Origin: Chrysomallon squamiferum
Taxonomy: Eukaryota > Animalia > Mollusca
Assembly (NCBI GenBank): GCA_012295275.1
Contig: CM022673.1
Coordinates: 22,692,001 to 22,756,000 of the forward strand
Length of the DNA: 64,000 bases
Reading direction: 5' to 3'
The position numbers and the translations under genes were made by a program. The notes under the pieces are model-generated. The model was not told where the DNA came from. It worked only from the letters and a program-made list of their open reading frames with translations, and did no database searches. The stretch's first letter is position 1; every line of letters begins with the position of its first letter. Below, piece after piece: positions 27,801 to 41,145 of the stretch.

Positions 27801-30800
27801 GATAATTCTCAGAATGTGAAAATTGGCTCTTTGATTGCTTTGATGGTAGAAGAGGGAGAAGATTGGAAGAATGTTGAGATTCCAGCTGGTGTGACAGCAA
27901 CATCAAAGACAGTGCCAGCTGCAACATATACTGGAGAAACAAGTCTTCTTGCACCAGCTTCTGTATCAACACATACAAAGTATTTTTAAATTTATAATAT
28001 TTTATTACTATTTCTAGATGAGTAAATATTTAATGACATTAAAAAGCTCCTTGAAGTGGAAAATGTGTTTCAGAATATAGTATTTTATATAAATGTATGT
28101 ATTTATGTATTAATATATAAGAGCATTAAGAGTATTGTTATTTGTCATTTTTTCATACAAATTCTTATGCTATTCAGATCTATTCTTGCCTATAGTATAG
28201 TTCAGAGATAACTGGTCCTTCATAAAGACCTGTTAGCTAAAACTGGAGTTATCTATCCTTATTTCGAAAATACTAAAACACTTTGAAGTATTATTGCAAT
28301 AGTATTACAATGAAAAGAAAACTACTTTTCCAGCTGGTCTGAATTGATTAATATACCTAAATAAAATTAGCTTTGGAAACTTGGATTTTTGACAATTTTT
28401 TAATTGTAAATTTGGATACAAAAATATTTTAATTTCAGGTGCAACATTGGTCCCTCAGTAAGGAAATTGCTTGAAGAATTTGGTCTACAAGTTGAAGATG
28501 TTGCTGCTTCTGGGCCTCATGGTCATTTACTCAAAGGGTTTGTTTGCTGTCTTATTATTTCATTTGTGTTAAATCAATTTCATCTTGTTTTTCATGTGTT
28601 GGTAGCGTGTTTATTGCCAATGTTATTCTTCTCTTTAAAGTAATTTTCACATATGATTATATATATTTTTTCATTTTAGTGATGTTTTAAAAATTATTAA
28701 ATCAAAAAATATTAAAAAAATTGAAGCAGAGGGTGGACCAGCTCCTGATAGAGCTTCACCAACAAGTACAATACCTCATACTACAACTTCACCACTTGAT
28801 GGAGATCCGTACACAGATATACCCAGCAGTAATATGAGGCTGACCATTGCGAAAAGACTTACAGAATCTAAAGTGAATATTTTCATGTTTAATTCTGCAA
28901 ATCAACTTGCTTCATCAGTAACTTTGATTTAAAGTATGCTGAGAAATATTGTATAATACAAGGACAAAAAACATTCTTAAAAATATATTTACTTTATTAA
29001 AATCACTACAATGAGATGGTGTTTTTTAATTACTAAATAACAATTGTTTTGTTTTAGTAGATTGGTAATTGTAGTCCATGAATTGTTCTAATTTTTGGAA
29101 TATAAACATTCAAAACACTAAATTGTATTAAATGATCAATGCTACTGGTTTTTTTTTTTTTAAATAAAAGGATAATATATCTTGTATATAATAAGTTAAA
29201 GAACCAGTTGATACACATTAGTATATATCATCAGCACTAAATTGTCCTTGTGTATTCATTTAAGAATGTTCTGTTTTTATTTGTCCTTAAGCTTGTATAT
29301 AAATGTTAACTAATATTCATGGAAGTATTTAGCATAAAGAAAAAGGTAGACATATTTTACATTTCTTCTAGTATTTAAAAAACTTTTTAATTTTTTTCAT
29401 TTCTTTTAAGACCACCATACCTCATTCATATGCTACAATAGACTGCAACATCGGATCAGTATCAAAACTGAGAAAACAATTAATAGGTAAGAAATATTCA
29501 TTTGAATACTGGAAATTGGAATTAAAAAATGTTTGATTATGTAAAATAATTGCTTGTGAATTTTGTACATTTCAGGTGAAGGTATTAAGATATCTGTGAA
29601 TGATTTTATAATCAAAGCAGCAGCTATAGCATTACAGGTAAATTGCCTGATATTACTATTTTTATATCAGGTTTGCAAAAAATAGAATTAAAAAGGTGAA
29701 TAGGTGTTACTAAGATATTTTTATAGCATTTAAATTTCTTTCAGATTATAATAATTTGCTATCAAATATTATAGTGAAGTGTTGTCAAATACGTAAAATG
29801 GACAAATTTTGGATAAAAAACAAACTTTTGTGCAAAGATAGTTCAGTTAGAATGAAACGTTTAGTATTTCTGCTCATTTTTCTTATTATATTTCCTAATT
29901 ATTTTTATTTAATTTATTAAGGCCAGACATGGTAATGCAAAATCAGTCACAAAACATTTCTTTGACATTTTCAGATTTTAGCTGATTTAGAATGTTTAAT
30001 GTGACTTTTACACAATGAGTAATTCATTTATTGTGAAAACTTAGTTTTATTGTGTAAAAAATGGTCAATAGAAATTGTTGGCTTGCCCATGTTTTCCTTT
30101 GATTTTAATAATGTTTTATGAAATCAGCAGTAATATATAGGTGAAGAATGTGCCACATGACACATACAATCTAAATCTCTACTTCACACTTAGCACATAA
30201 AAAACATATAAAATTAGAAATTATTACATTTATTTCTGCTTTTTCAAAGCCATTCAAATAAAGGTTTGGAACAAAGGAGCGAGACCTCCAGATCCAACCA
30301 GTGAGAATAGAGAATAGCTTCTTTGCGACCCTCTGGCCTTCCCACAATTCTTTATTTGCTATTACAGAAACATGTTATATGTAAACAATTTTAACAGCAA
30401 ACTTCAGTCCACTGCTTGTATTTGTGATTTTCTCAGTTTTTAAAAGTTATTACATTGTTATTTATTGCCAAATTAGAAGTGAATATGCCAGGACCTAAAT
30501 ATGTATCGGTAAAAACTAGGTCAGCACAATTCTCAACAGCTCAACAGAAAAAAGAAATGGTTAATGAAGAGGATTCTAATGGCAATGCTAGTGCTAGTGC
30601 ATCAAGAAAAGAAAAAAAGACTGCTGGAAATTTTGTGATGTTGATAAGATGTACTTCAGCTGACCAATTTAATTTTGACTCTTTCTATGGCTTTTTCTCA
30701 CTGTAGTGACTTCAACATAATGGTTGTGGGTATGAAATTATGTGAAATAACATTGCCATGAATCCAGAGGAGTGATGCCTTACATGTACCTAAAGTTTCA

Positions 30801-33800
30801 GGGACATGATAAGAAATTTACAGGTTTTTATTTTTTATTTTTGTTTTGAAATATATACATTATGGCTTCATCGTAATCAACTTTTGTAAAATTATAATAG
30901 TTTTGCATTTGCTCAAAAACATCTACTGTATATAAATGTCATGTTTAATTATTAGTATTTACTTTTGAAATTTTGCTTGCTATTTTTATTTTTTTAATTT
31001 ATTTTTTTAATTTATATATTTTTGTTAATTTATTATTATCTGTATTTTTGTTAATTTTCATTATATATTGTAAATATATAGATGTTGGGTTTCTGTATGC
31101 ATGCACATTTCTGTAACTAATATAGTCATTACTTGTTTGCAAATGCTGAAATTGTTGCAGGAGCCAATATGCTTCAGTGCTCAGCCAGAGTTATCATGAG
31201 CTTATGCAGAAACAGATACTGATCTGCAAGAAGCATTGGACAGAGGAGAATCACCTGTTGTTGATGTCAGTGTATTTCTCATGATGTCACTTGGACAAAA
31301 TGGAGTTCCACATCACTTTTCAGAGTTGGCATCTGTATTGATGTTTTGACAGGACTTGTTATTGATTATGGAGTCCTTTCAAAATACTATCATGCTTGCG
31401 AGATAACTGAAGCCAAGAATCATTTTACAAGAGCTAGCTGCATGTAAAGAAGAACATGTTCAAGATATTGCACAATCCATCAGTTATCAAGCAAGGCCAT
31501 TTAGAAAATATATTTGGATTTGAGTGATTCTTCTGTATACAAAACTGCCTGTACTTTGGACCAGTGCTGCATATAGAAGGTAAAAAAAATTGGAATGTGT
31601 AAATCATGCACACAAACACATGGAAAATGCTTTCAGGAAGTTAATGAAAGGATAGAGTCTTGGTGGGATGACCTATAGAAAAGAATTGTGACAGCTTGCA
31701 TAATTTCTGTAGGAGTACTGTTTTGCACAAATTGAGAAGTGCAGTATGGAGAGATTTCTATTATTCCATGTCAGCAGATGAAAAACCATAACAGTGTCAT
31801 TGTCCTGTAGGGCCAGAAAGGTGTTGTTTTACCAAAAAGCAGTGGCAGCCATAAAGACCAGCCATCATCTACATATGTATCAAGTGATGTTGATTGCAAG
31901 ATGATTGAAGAGGCCCTTCTTAAAAGGATTGTCTGTCAAGCACACAGAACATAGAGATCTGCACTTGGTATCCAAAGACAACATTCATGAGTGCAGAGAA
32001 GTGGTGCCAGAGCTGTATCTGTATTTAATTAAGGAGCAAATGAAACAATAATATAACAAAATAATGAAGATAAAAATATATTTTTGTACTACAGTGTCTG
32101 GCCTTAAAATAGGTAGGATGATAATATGTATAAGAAAAAAATAATGATAATAATATGGTTCCAGTAATATTTATATATATTGTAAAAGAAATTTATTTTC
32201 AATTATTAATATTAATATTTATAAAAATTTTCCACAGAGGGTGCCACAAATAAATGCACTTAGACAAGGTGATACAGTTCAGAGGCTGTCTACTACTGAT
32301 ATATCTGTTGCAGTTGCTACTGAAAATGGACTTATTACACCAATACTGCAAAATGCTGCAAACCTGGAGGTTAATCAGATTTCATTAAAAGTGAAGGTAG
32401 GTAAATATATCGTGATAAATAATTTTTCATAATTAAAAACCGATTTTTTTTAAGACTAGATTATAATACTTAAAGAAATCCAACTCATTTTGATTGGTTA
32501 CACATATACTGAAGATGCCATTTCCTTAGAAAACATATATGACATAATTTTGTTTAAAAGTTAATTTAAATTTAATATTCTTTATTATTTATATATTTGT
32601 TATAACTTTTTAGGAATTGGCCCAGCGAGCCAGAGAGGCAAAATTGGCATTACATGAATTTCAGGGAGGCAGTTTTACGTGAGTATTGTAAATGTATAAC
32701 TGAAATTTGAAAAAAGAATTAAAAAAATAATACCAGTAAAACTGTTTTTATTTTTGTCAGTCTAAAACAATATTTAAAGATAAGGAATTCTTCAAAATGG
32801 AAATAATTATTAATATATACTGAAATCAGTAAAAATGTATCATTAAAAGTTTAAAAACAAAGTTATGAAATGGACATAATGTCATATTATTAAAAAAAAA
32901 AAAGGTTGTTAGTGAAAAAAAAAGGTTTTCAAATTTAGTTTATGTAACACTGATGAGATTATTTTCTTTTTCTTAATAAGATTTTTTTAGAAAAAAAGCG
33001 TAAATTCTGTAAGTTAATAAGTATTATTTTATTGTTATAATCATTGTGATATGCGTTATGTTCAGATGGGGTGGAGGTCATTCCAACTGTCTTGTTGCAG
33101 GAGTCATAACCCCAGGGACTTGTAGCCCTTGGTAAATGACTTGCCTACGTCCACATTTATTTGTTGTGGCATTTATGTCTATGGCTTGATGGGTAATGAG
33201 AAACATGTTTGTGACAAACTTACATTGAAAGGACATGGGTAAAAGTCAACTGACTTTATTTCAAAATTGTCAGCAACCTTCAAATTGCACAGGTATATAT
33301 ATATATATATATACATTTGCTCTTGGAATGAAGGTGAAATGGCTATAGAAGACTACCAGTTATAATTTAGCTTGAAAGTAAAAGTACATGGAAAATTATT
33401 ACATGATAGATTGTGTGATGGATGTTACATTTTGTCCATTGGAAGAAGTATCTGTTTCACTGTTGTGATAAAAGCATTTTAAATCATGGTCAAGATCATG
33501 ATGTTGATTTGATGACTTAACTAAACTTTCATAGACATTTAAAATTTACAAATGTATCGATTGTCTTGTAGCAGCATGCTAATTATTCTAAAAGTAATGT
33601 TCATCTACTGTCAAATTGAAGCCAAAAAAGCCAGTCCATGTCATCACCAGCAGTGTCATATTATGCTGCATGTTTACAAAACCATAACATGAAAACCTTT
33701 CGTGCAAGTAAAAAATGTAGATGGTTTCATTCAAATTAATACATGGGAATAGACCAGCCTGGTTTTAATATATCATTTTCTGTCATATTACAGATTTCTG

Positions 33801-34763
33801 TGGCCTTTTATTGAAACCTGTGGTTTTTTATTGAAATCTGTGTTTGACCAAAATCAGAGAAACTTGCCCTCAAGGATCCCCTTCACTGATCAGTGGGGGT
33901 CGGGCAGTTTGCCTTATTATATTTCAGAGTGACACAAGGTCTGCTTTATCTCTCCAGAAGAGAGTTCATTATCACACACACTGAGAAACCCACCAGTCAT
34001 TAAGATGGATTAGTTCTTTTTCTATCATGTCAGTAGGATACTGATTTGCACAGAGATGAAGTTGTTCAGAAGTTTCCACTCCATACTCAATGGAAACAAG
34101 CAATTTCATTGATGTTTCTTGAAAATAGCTCAGGAAATGAACACAGAGAAAGTACTGAAGAATTACAAGAATACGACAGATTTTACAGTTTTTGTTCAGT
34201 ACAAATAACATAATTTCAAACTGAGTGGATTGAAGTATCAACACCAGATTGGGGTAGTAGATTTGAGAGACAATATTTCTATTTTGGGGTAGTCTGTTCC
34301 TTTGCATAAAGAAATAATGAAATTGTTTTTGTTTTCCCTCATTTCTCTTGAGTTATAATTTGAAAGCAGATATGATATATCAGAACTGCATTGATTAAGC
34401 CTTTAATCAGAATTTTATTTAATCATCATTTCTTATTTTTGTTAACAAATGTGTCTTCCATTTTGTTCATACCATTTCTTTGTTTTTAGGATCTCCAACC
34501 TTGGTATGTTTGGAATAACAGAATTTTCTGCTGTGATAAATCCACCACAGCTTGCTATTCTTGCTATAGGCACATCAAGAGTTGACATAGGAAAGGATAA
34601 TAAACCTGTAACTAAAATGAATGTGACCCTTTCATATGACTGTAGTGTTGTAAATGAAACAGAGGTATTTCAGTTCTTGGAAGTTTTTAGTGAAGTGATG
34701 GAGAATCCTAGCTTAATGGTAATTGGTTCTGATCTCTCAGATAATCAAAGCACCAGTGTTTGA
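24593..34763 (+). CDS. PDHX: Pyruvate dehydrogenase complex component X (E3-binding protein), mitochondrial, about 471 aa, 11 exons
   Basis: Exons 24593-24716 (Arg-rich transit peptide), 26206-26283 ([11 protein letters not shown]), 27098-27198 (lipoyl motif QTDKA), 27795-27979, 28439-28537 (E3-binding domain GPSVRKLL...[11 protein letters not shown]), 28680-28872 ([13 protein letters not shown]), 29411-29486 (TIPHSY), 29576-29637 (SVNDFIIKA), 32238-32396 ([16 protein letters not shown]), 32614-32678 (EFQGGSFT), 34490-34763 (ISNLGMFGI...AVINPPQ). A single lipoyl domain and loss of the catalytic His (LSYDCSVVN instead of DHR) favour PDHX over DLAT, as does adjacency to APIP. Confidence 0.93.
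24800..24915. repeat. Short interspersed-repeat fragment interrupted by A/TAA/TA microsatellites
   Basis: gaatgtttaacgacacccag...tatcggctattgggtgtc, with the inverted octamer gacaccca (24818-24825) / tgggtgtc (24901-24908). It resembles a gastropod dispersed repeat from memory only; not verified. Confidence 0.4.
25050..25430 (-). mobile_element. 3' fragment of an RNase H-bearing non-LTR retrotransposon (I/Nimb-like), degenerate
   Basis: The minus strand reads [19 protein letters not shown]...[18 protein letters not shown], then after a frameshift [29 protein letters not shown]...LTVRHVLV. This matches the RNase H C-terminal GNExADxxAK motif followed by the LINE ORF2 C-terminal zinc knuckle. 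Lies in PDHX intron 1. Confidence 0.85.
29921..32103 (+). mobile_element. Decayed Kolobok-like DNA transposon in PDHX intron 8
   Basis: TTAA flanks both ends (29917-29920, 32104-32107). About 22-bp imperfect TIRs: ggccagacatggtaatgcaaaa versus the reverse complement of the right end, ggccagacactgtagtacaaaa. Internal broken transposase motifs near 31270-31400 ([24 protein letters not shown]) and 31770-31820 (ADEKP...CPVGPE). A TTAA TSD with RR...YY termini is the Kolobok signature. Confidence 0.82.
33850..34310 (-). mobile_element. Possible highly decayed retroelement fragment (Penelope-like?) in PDHX intron 10
   Basis: Minus-strand peptide VHFLSYF...[12 protein letters not shown] loosely resembles the post-RT YLHFxSxH...NGYPxxxI motifs of Penelope-like elements. 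An adjacent imperfect hairpin is centred on cactgatcagtg (about 33860-33910). Weak evidence. Confidence 0.3.
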
Positions 34764-36171
34764 CTATAATTTATTTTGTGATATCCTATTAGAAGAGGTG
34801 CATAGTAACTTAAGAAATTGTGGTTATAGATTTCAAGTCTTACTGGTGTGGGATCTTTTAGTTTATTATTTTGTTATTGTTATGTAGTAATTATTTGGAA
34901 TATCTATTTTTGTCTGAATAAAAGAACAGATAATTATCATTTAAAAAAATAAATAAATAACATTCATTTGCTAATCTAATAAACAGGAAGCAATCTGAGT
35001 AGAATAAATTTAAGTGAAACAAATAAATGTCTGAACCATTATAGAAATACAGTGACTGAAACTTTATGATTGCCCAGTCAAACTGAAAATAATCAAAAGT
35101 AATTCTAATGTTAACTTAGACATTTATTTTTTAAACCCCAAACATGTTGTTAAATCTACAGGTGCTTTAAACTTGCTAAGCACATTTTTCTCTGCAAGTC
35201 TCTAAACATAATGTTTTGGCAGTTTGCATATGATATTATAGATATGATATGAAGTAATAATAATAAATATTTTGAACAATATAGTCTTATGAGTAAGAAA
35301 TCCTATTAACTGTTGTGTTATTAGATTAATTTGTACTGTTATGTGACTGTTCAATTTTAAGTTAGTTTTCAAAGTAATTGTTTACATTTCATGTTATTGT
35401 TTATGCATATCCTATTAAAATTGTAATAAAATATTTTGTTGTTATTTTTAAACAATTTTTGTTTGGCATGTTTTGTTTAGATTGTTATTTGGAATGAGAT
35501 AATTAAATAAAACCTACATTTTTTCTAATTGTTTTGGTAAACAATAATAATGAAAAAATATCCTTTCTTTAAAAAAAAAAAATATTATTTTTATTAAATT
35601 AATAAAAGTAACATTTTTTTTTTTTTTCTAAATTATTTAACTTAATTTTATTATTATTTATTTTATTTTATTATTATTAAAGAGGTAAAAAAAAAAAAAA
35701 GTCAGTACTTGTAATTGTTTTAAATACACATTTATTGTTAAATGTATTTGACTATTTGTGAGATATTTAGTTTACTATTATACAGGAATAATTGCTCTGA
35801 GTATAGCAGACCTTTTTTTTTTTTTTTCTAAATAAAAAAAAAATAAAAGGTGACATAGAACATTTTTTAAACTTCCTAATTAGGAAATTATATAATTAGA
35901 ATAACATATTAAAAAAATGATGTTATTCTCAATCTAGCTTATCATCAGTTCTTGTCTATTGTACAAGACTGGCATGTTCTAAATAAAGACAATGGTAACA
36001 TTTTGAGAGAAAAAATAATGCCTTAAGAAAATGTAAATGATTTTAGTCTTTAGGTGCAAAGAATAAATGAACATACCAGTGATAATTGTTTAGCAACAAA
36101 TATTGATAGTTTCACATCAGACACTCTCAACAACAAACGTGGAATTTAGAACACTATTTTTTAGTTACCAA

Positions 36172-36211
<40 letters not shown>

Positions 36212-37707
36212 CAGCAATAATAATTTAAAAAAATTAAAATAATAATAAATAAATAACAAAGTAATAAAACATAATAATTTGTAAAGGAAGCCTTTTATGT
36301 AACAGCCTGCTAGCTGTTTTTATTGTTCATTTTGCAGCTGGTTCAGTACATAATGGAGTGCATTCTTAACACAACACTAGTTTTGGAGATTTTTGCGTTT
36401 GCTGATAAACTAGCACAAATATTGATAGGTCTGTTTTATGGGTTACAAAATCATTAAAAATAGAACACTTGGATGATTTTACTCAAGAATGATTAAAGCA
36501 ATATTATGTTGTGCAATTAATGGCCATCAATACACCAAAATTGTTCATTTCTCATTAAAGTCAATGCTTCAAAATTGCTTTCGAGACTGACGAAAGAAAA
36601 GACATCTGAATTCCCCAGATTTCTATCAAAATCAAAAAAAAAAAAAAATTAATTAAATAATAATAATAAATAAATAAAATAAAATAATTAAGGTTTTGTG
36701 ACTATTGTTATATTTAAAAATCCGAGGTGATGTTGATATTACCACATACCTTTTATTCAAGGTAATTTGTATCTAGTTGACCTTGCCTACATATTTTCTG
36801 GTGAAGATCTGGTATGAATAACTATACAGTATACTATTTTGGTTCCGTAACAGGTTTAGTAACGGAAAAACAGACAAATCTGGGTTAGCGATCGTATCAA
36901 CAGTATTGCGCGGAATTGCTGCTGTTAATAGAAGTTATGTCTCAAGAGATGTTTAAAAAATTGTCAGTACATACAGAAAGAAAATGGTGTGAATTTTAAC
37001 GCCGTGCTGTACTGTATACATCCAGTCCAAACCTTTACTCTGTTACAGACATAACAGAGCTGCCAAAGAATCCCCAAAACATGAAGATGTGTTCAAGTGT
37101 CTTCTGTTTTCTCGAAAGCTACTGATCTTTCATTCTCTACTCATCCAGATTACACGTATGTCACTAAATTTCCAAAATGGAACATTCTGACGAAGTTGAA
37201 ATAATGAAGTAAATCACACTGATTTGTAGTCCGGTTTTGGCTTGAGAATCTCAGTAATCGCCGCTGTTTAAATCTCATTAAACCTCAGATTACGTCAGAG
37301 AATGAATGAAAGTTATTATTGTTGAACAAATTTTGGACATATTATTTAATTTATTTATTTTTAATTTTTTGGTAGTTTTTGTCATAACATGCATGGTAAG
37401 CGAATATTTTTCTTAATTAATTTTAAAAGTAATAGTGTCTTAAAATAGTGATGTAGGAAGATGATCTATTTTCTGTTAAAGCTGAACGAACACATTTATT
37501 TATCATTAAAATATTGGTGTTTATAATGATTCATTCATTTTATCATTTACATAATGAGATGGAAAAAAAAAAAAAAAAAAAATTCCAAGGAAAAATGAAA
37601 CTAAAACTGAGGCCTTTAATATGAATATACTATATTCATATATTATATAGAGAAAAGTAAGATATTTAATGTCCACGTTCATAAACATATGATATACTAG
37701 AACTCGT

Positions 37708-40249
37708 CTAACCATTTCGCTGCAGTTTTAAAACTGCTTTTCTTAACGACTGATCAATATTTGGCCAGTAAATATCATCAGGTGCTCTTACATGCTTTTC
37801 TAAATCTTTATATCCTCCATGATAATATCGTCCATTAAAATTAGCATTACGGACACACGTAGAAAACCACCAGCCGCAATGAAATTGAACCGCGCAGTTC
37901 ACGCGCATGTCTGGTTGCATTTTATCCCATGTGACAAAAGTTCCTGCGTGTACCCTAAGTCCACTTCCGCCAAATCCTTTGTATTCATAATAATCTTCAG
38001 GAACGTTCAGTTTATAAAACATAGATTCATTATCGATGCGGAAAAATGCACTTTCGGAAAAATAATGTCTGCTAACATCTTGCGGGTTGTTAGGATCTCT
38101 CCAGTCCCACATATCTATTCCAAGTTTGTACGATGCTTGATTCGTTATCAAATAAATCTTTTCGTTACCAAGCCAAAATTCTCCGGCTAAATCGCCAAAA
38201 CCATCCTTGTATTCGTCCCAGGTCCTGTAAAAGTCGACAAAACCATTAACACGTTTTTGTATCAGAGTCCACGCTTTATGGTCAGAAAATTCACAGAGAA
38301 CAGGAAAATTCTCACGGGTGTTGTTTGGACGGATTTGATACGTTCCATTATGATTGTATCCAAATCTGAGAAGGTCGTCGCAATCTGTAAAACAATAAAT
38401 AAATAAATAAATAAATAAATAAACGACATCGGAACGTAAACATTATTTTTACATTTATTATAATTATTAGTGGTACAACACAATACTGAGGTTTAAAATT
38501 AATATTATTTAAGTTACAATTCTTCGAAAAATATGATTAATATAGTGATTCCATGCAAATGAAACCCGTGACAGTATTCATAAAAATGAACATGAACAAC
38601 AACAACAACAACAACAACATATTCAAATTTTATATAAAAGATAATAACAGAAATAATAATAAAATAAATACTGAACTTTAGAAACTGTATTTATTATTTA
38701 GTTTTATTATATCGTTTATTTTTTCAACTGTGAGAGAAAGTTTATTATATATATACATTTTTGCCTGAAGATGTTGATGAGTAATGTATATCGAGTGAAT
38801 AACATGATAATTTGCGATTTCTAAACATTTTGAGAAAAAAGTATCACGGATACACATCTGAAAATCAATAATACGAATATAAATATAACCTAATTTAAAA
38901 GACAATAACGAATTTAAATATGGTTTATTTTACAGTAATTCGTAACAAGTGCAAAATATAGGTAAACCAAATTTTTGTTTGTTTGTTTGTTTTGTTTTGT
39001 TTTTTGTGTTATTGACTTTGGCAAAGTGTTTGAAGCATCTCCAGAAATATTGATGTGTTGCACATAGATCGCCACGTATTACATTCGCGACGATATATTT
39101 CAGCGATATAGATACAAACAACGTTCTCAAGAAAAATCCTGATGGTATCTGTTCAAGTTTGGCAAGAACATGCAGAAATTTGGATAAAAGATAGATTATT
39201 TCAGTATTATATAACACTTTGGAGAATGGAAGCATTGTTGTCTGGAAATTAACTAATACAAACAAACAAAGCACGCCATAGAAAGATGTCTGCTATATTT
39301 ACATTTGAGATTATATTACTGTATCACGTAATTAAAAACATCAGAGAAAGGGAATTTTAGAATAAATAGCAGTTCCACATCAAAATACTAACATGGCTAG
39401 AACTGAACTATTAAAGGGCAACGTTAGGGTTCAGCTTACTGAAAACGGAGTTTGATTGTCAAATCAGCCGTTAATAAGCGTGCACCAAAATTAATGGCGT
39501 TAGATGGTGCGGGTTATCAGTGTATTAAAGCACCACACTCTCTATTTATTTTAGGATTTGAATATTCTCTGTTTTATGTATGTCTGATTAGATTCCACAT
39601 AGACAATATTCGGGAACGCACCTATGCTGGAAGACAAAGTCCAGTCACAACGTCACAAAACCACACCAGATGCCGCAGTCGAGACTCGAATGTAGTATGG
39701 CACATATTCGCTCGCCCTACAAAGACGGTCGACGCTCCAGTTCGGCCATCAAGACAACCAGAGAGAAATTATCTCTAGGAGGACCGGCGGGGCGATAAGA
39801 TGATAAGTACTGGAAAGGAACCATATGACGAAACAGCAAGATGTGGAATCAACAAGTTGAGGTTTTGGACTAGCCATGGAACATTTCGGCAGCACAGTGA
39901 TAATGACATGTTACTGCTGTATGTTATGTCTGTATACTGGCATTATGTTTTAAACAGACGCTTACACAAACACATATATGTTTGTATGTGTACGTATCAT
40001 ACTCTATAATATATTTAAATCTCACTCTTCTTAAAAGAGGCGAAATTAAAATTTATGAATTTTTTTTACAACTATTTAAAATAGAACTGTTTAGGGTATG
40101 AACTTATTACACCTATTGCGTGGTTATACCACATATCTTCTCAGATGTTGCCTGAAAGATGAAACTACCTAAAACATTCTCTGGGCTATCCTGAACGGAA
40201 TGAGATGGCATAAATTATTTATTTATTAATTTGTATTATTATAATTATA

Positions 40250-40303
<54 letters not shown>

Positions 40304-41145
40304 GTAAAGTAAATACTGGTGAGCCTATATAATCATAATGGTATTTATTACAATGTTCATACACAAACCAGGTGCTAATTATGATGTACTGTGTAAGTGT
40401 GCGTGTGTGTGGGCACGCGCGTTGAGAACTTCAACAGTATAATTTCTATAATTTAATTTCAGCTGCTTTAGTGGGATTTCAGTTTAAAACAATGTACGTT
40501 AAGGTGATTATCAGGGGCTCTTGCAGTGTTAAATGCTATGTAACATAATAATAATAATAAATAAATAAATAAATAGACACACTTACCGTGCGGCACAAAA
40601 CCGTTATACATCTGCAGTAAAGGATCAACTGTTGTCGTTGTCGCCAATGTGGACGTCACAGGCGATACTGATTGGTATGTCATTGTGTTAAAATCATTTT
40701 TTTGTTTCTTTTTATTAACGATAATTTTATTCTCTGAATCAGCTTGTGGACGTTCTGCGCCGTCTTCTTCTCTGACATTAGCGACGTCTCCTTGTCTTTG
40801 GCAGTTGCAGTAGCTGCTGCTGTTAAGTAATTTGTGGACAAGAAGAGAAACGCTGTCCGAAAGCTGTAGCAAGATAAATCTGTGTTCAGCTGATTTCTGT
40901 TTGAGTTGTTCGAGTTCAGAACGCAGCTGTTGATTTTCATGTTTCTGTCTTTTAACTTCCAAAAGAATGAAGTCTAAGGCTTCCTTTATTTCATTGTCTT
41001 TGTTTCTACAGGTTTCGTCCCATTGAAACTGTTGCACGGTGGGTTGGCCGTCCACATTTTGGAAACAGCAGACTAACATTGCAAATAAAAGTCCCATTGC
41101 GACAAACGGAGAACCGTATGCGATAGAGAAGCGAAATGGCATCAT
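37708..41145 (-). CDS. Secreted coiled-coil + fibrinogen C-terminal (FReD) protein, angiopoietin-related/fibrinogen-like, about 411 aa, 2 exons
   Basis: Exon 1 40587-41145: hydrophobic signal (FVAMGLLFAMLVCCF), heptad-rich LEVKRQKHENQQLRSELEQLKQK, Thr-rich linker, donor G|GTAAG. Exon 2 37708-38384: DCDDL...GTYQIRP...VLCE...WTLIQKRVNGFVDFYRTWDEYKDGFGDLAGEFWLGNEKIYLIT...NCA...GWWFSTC..ANFNGRY. The phase-1 junction is consistent. Confidence 0.93.

Noticed and set aside
30455-30706. Independent small nested gene in the PDHX intron
   Set aside because: It lies within the TTAA-bounded transposon and is better explained as a transposase remnant.
24593-34763. Calling the gene DLAT (E2)
   Set aside because: It has only one lipoyl domain, lacks the DHR catalytic motif and is adjacent to APIP.
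37819-38190. 123-aa plus-strand ORF
   Set aside because: It is the antisense shadow of the FReD exon and has no recognisable motifs.
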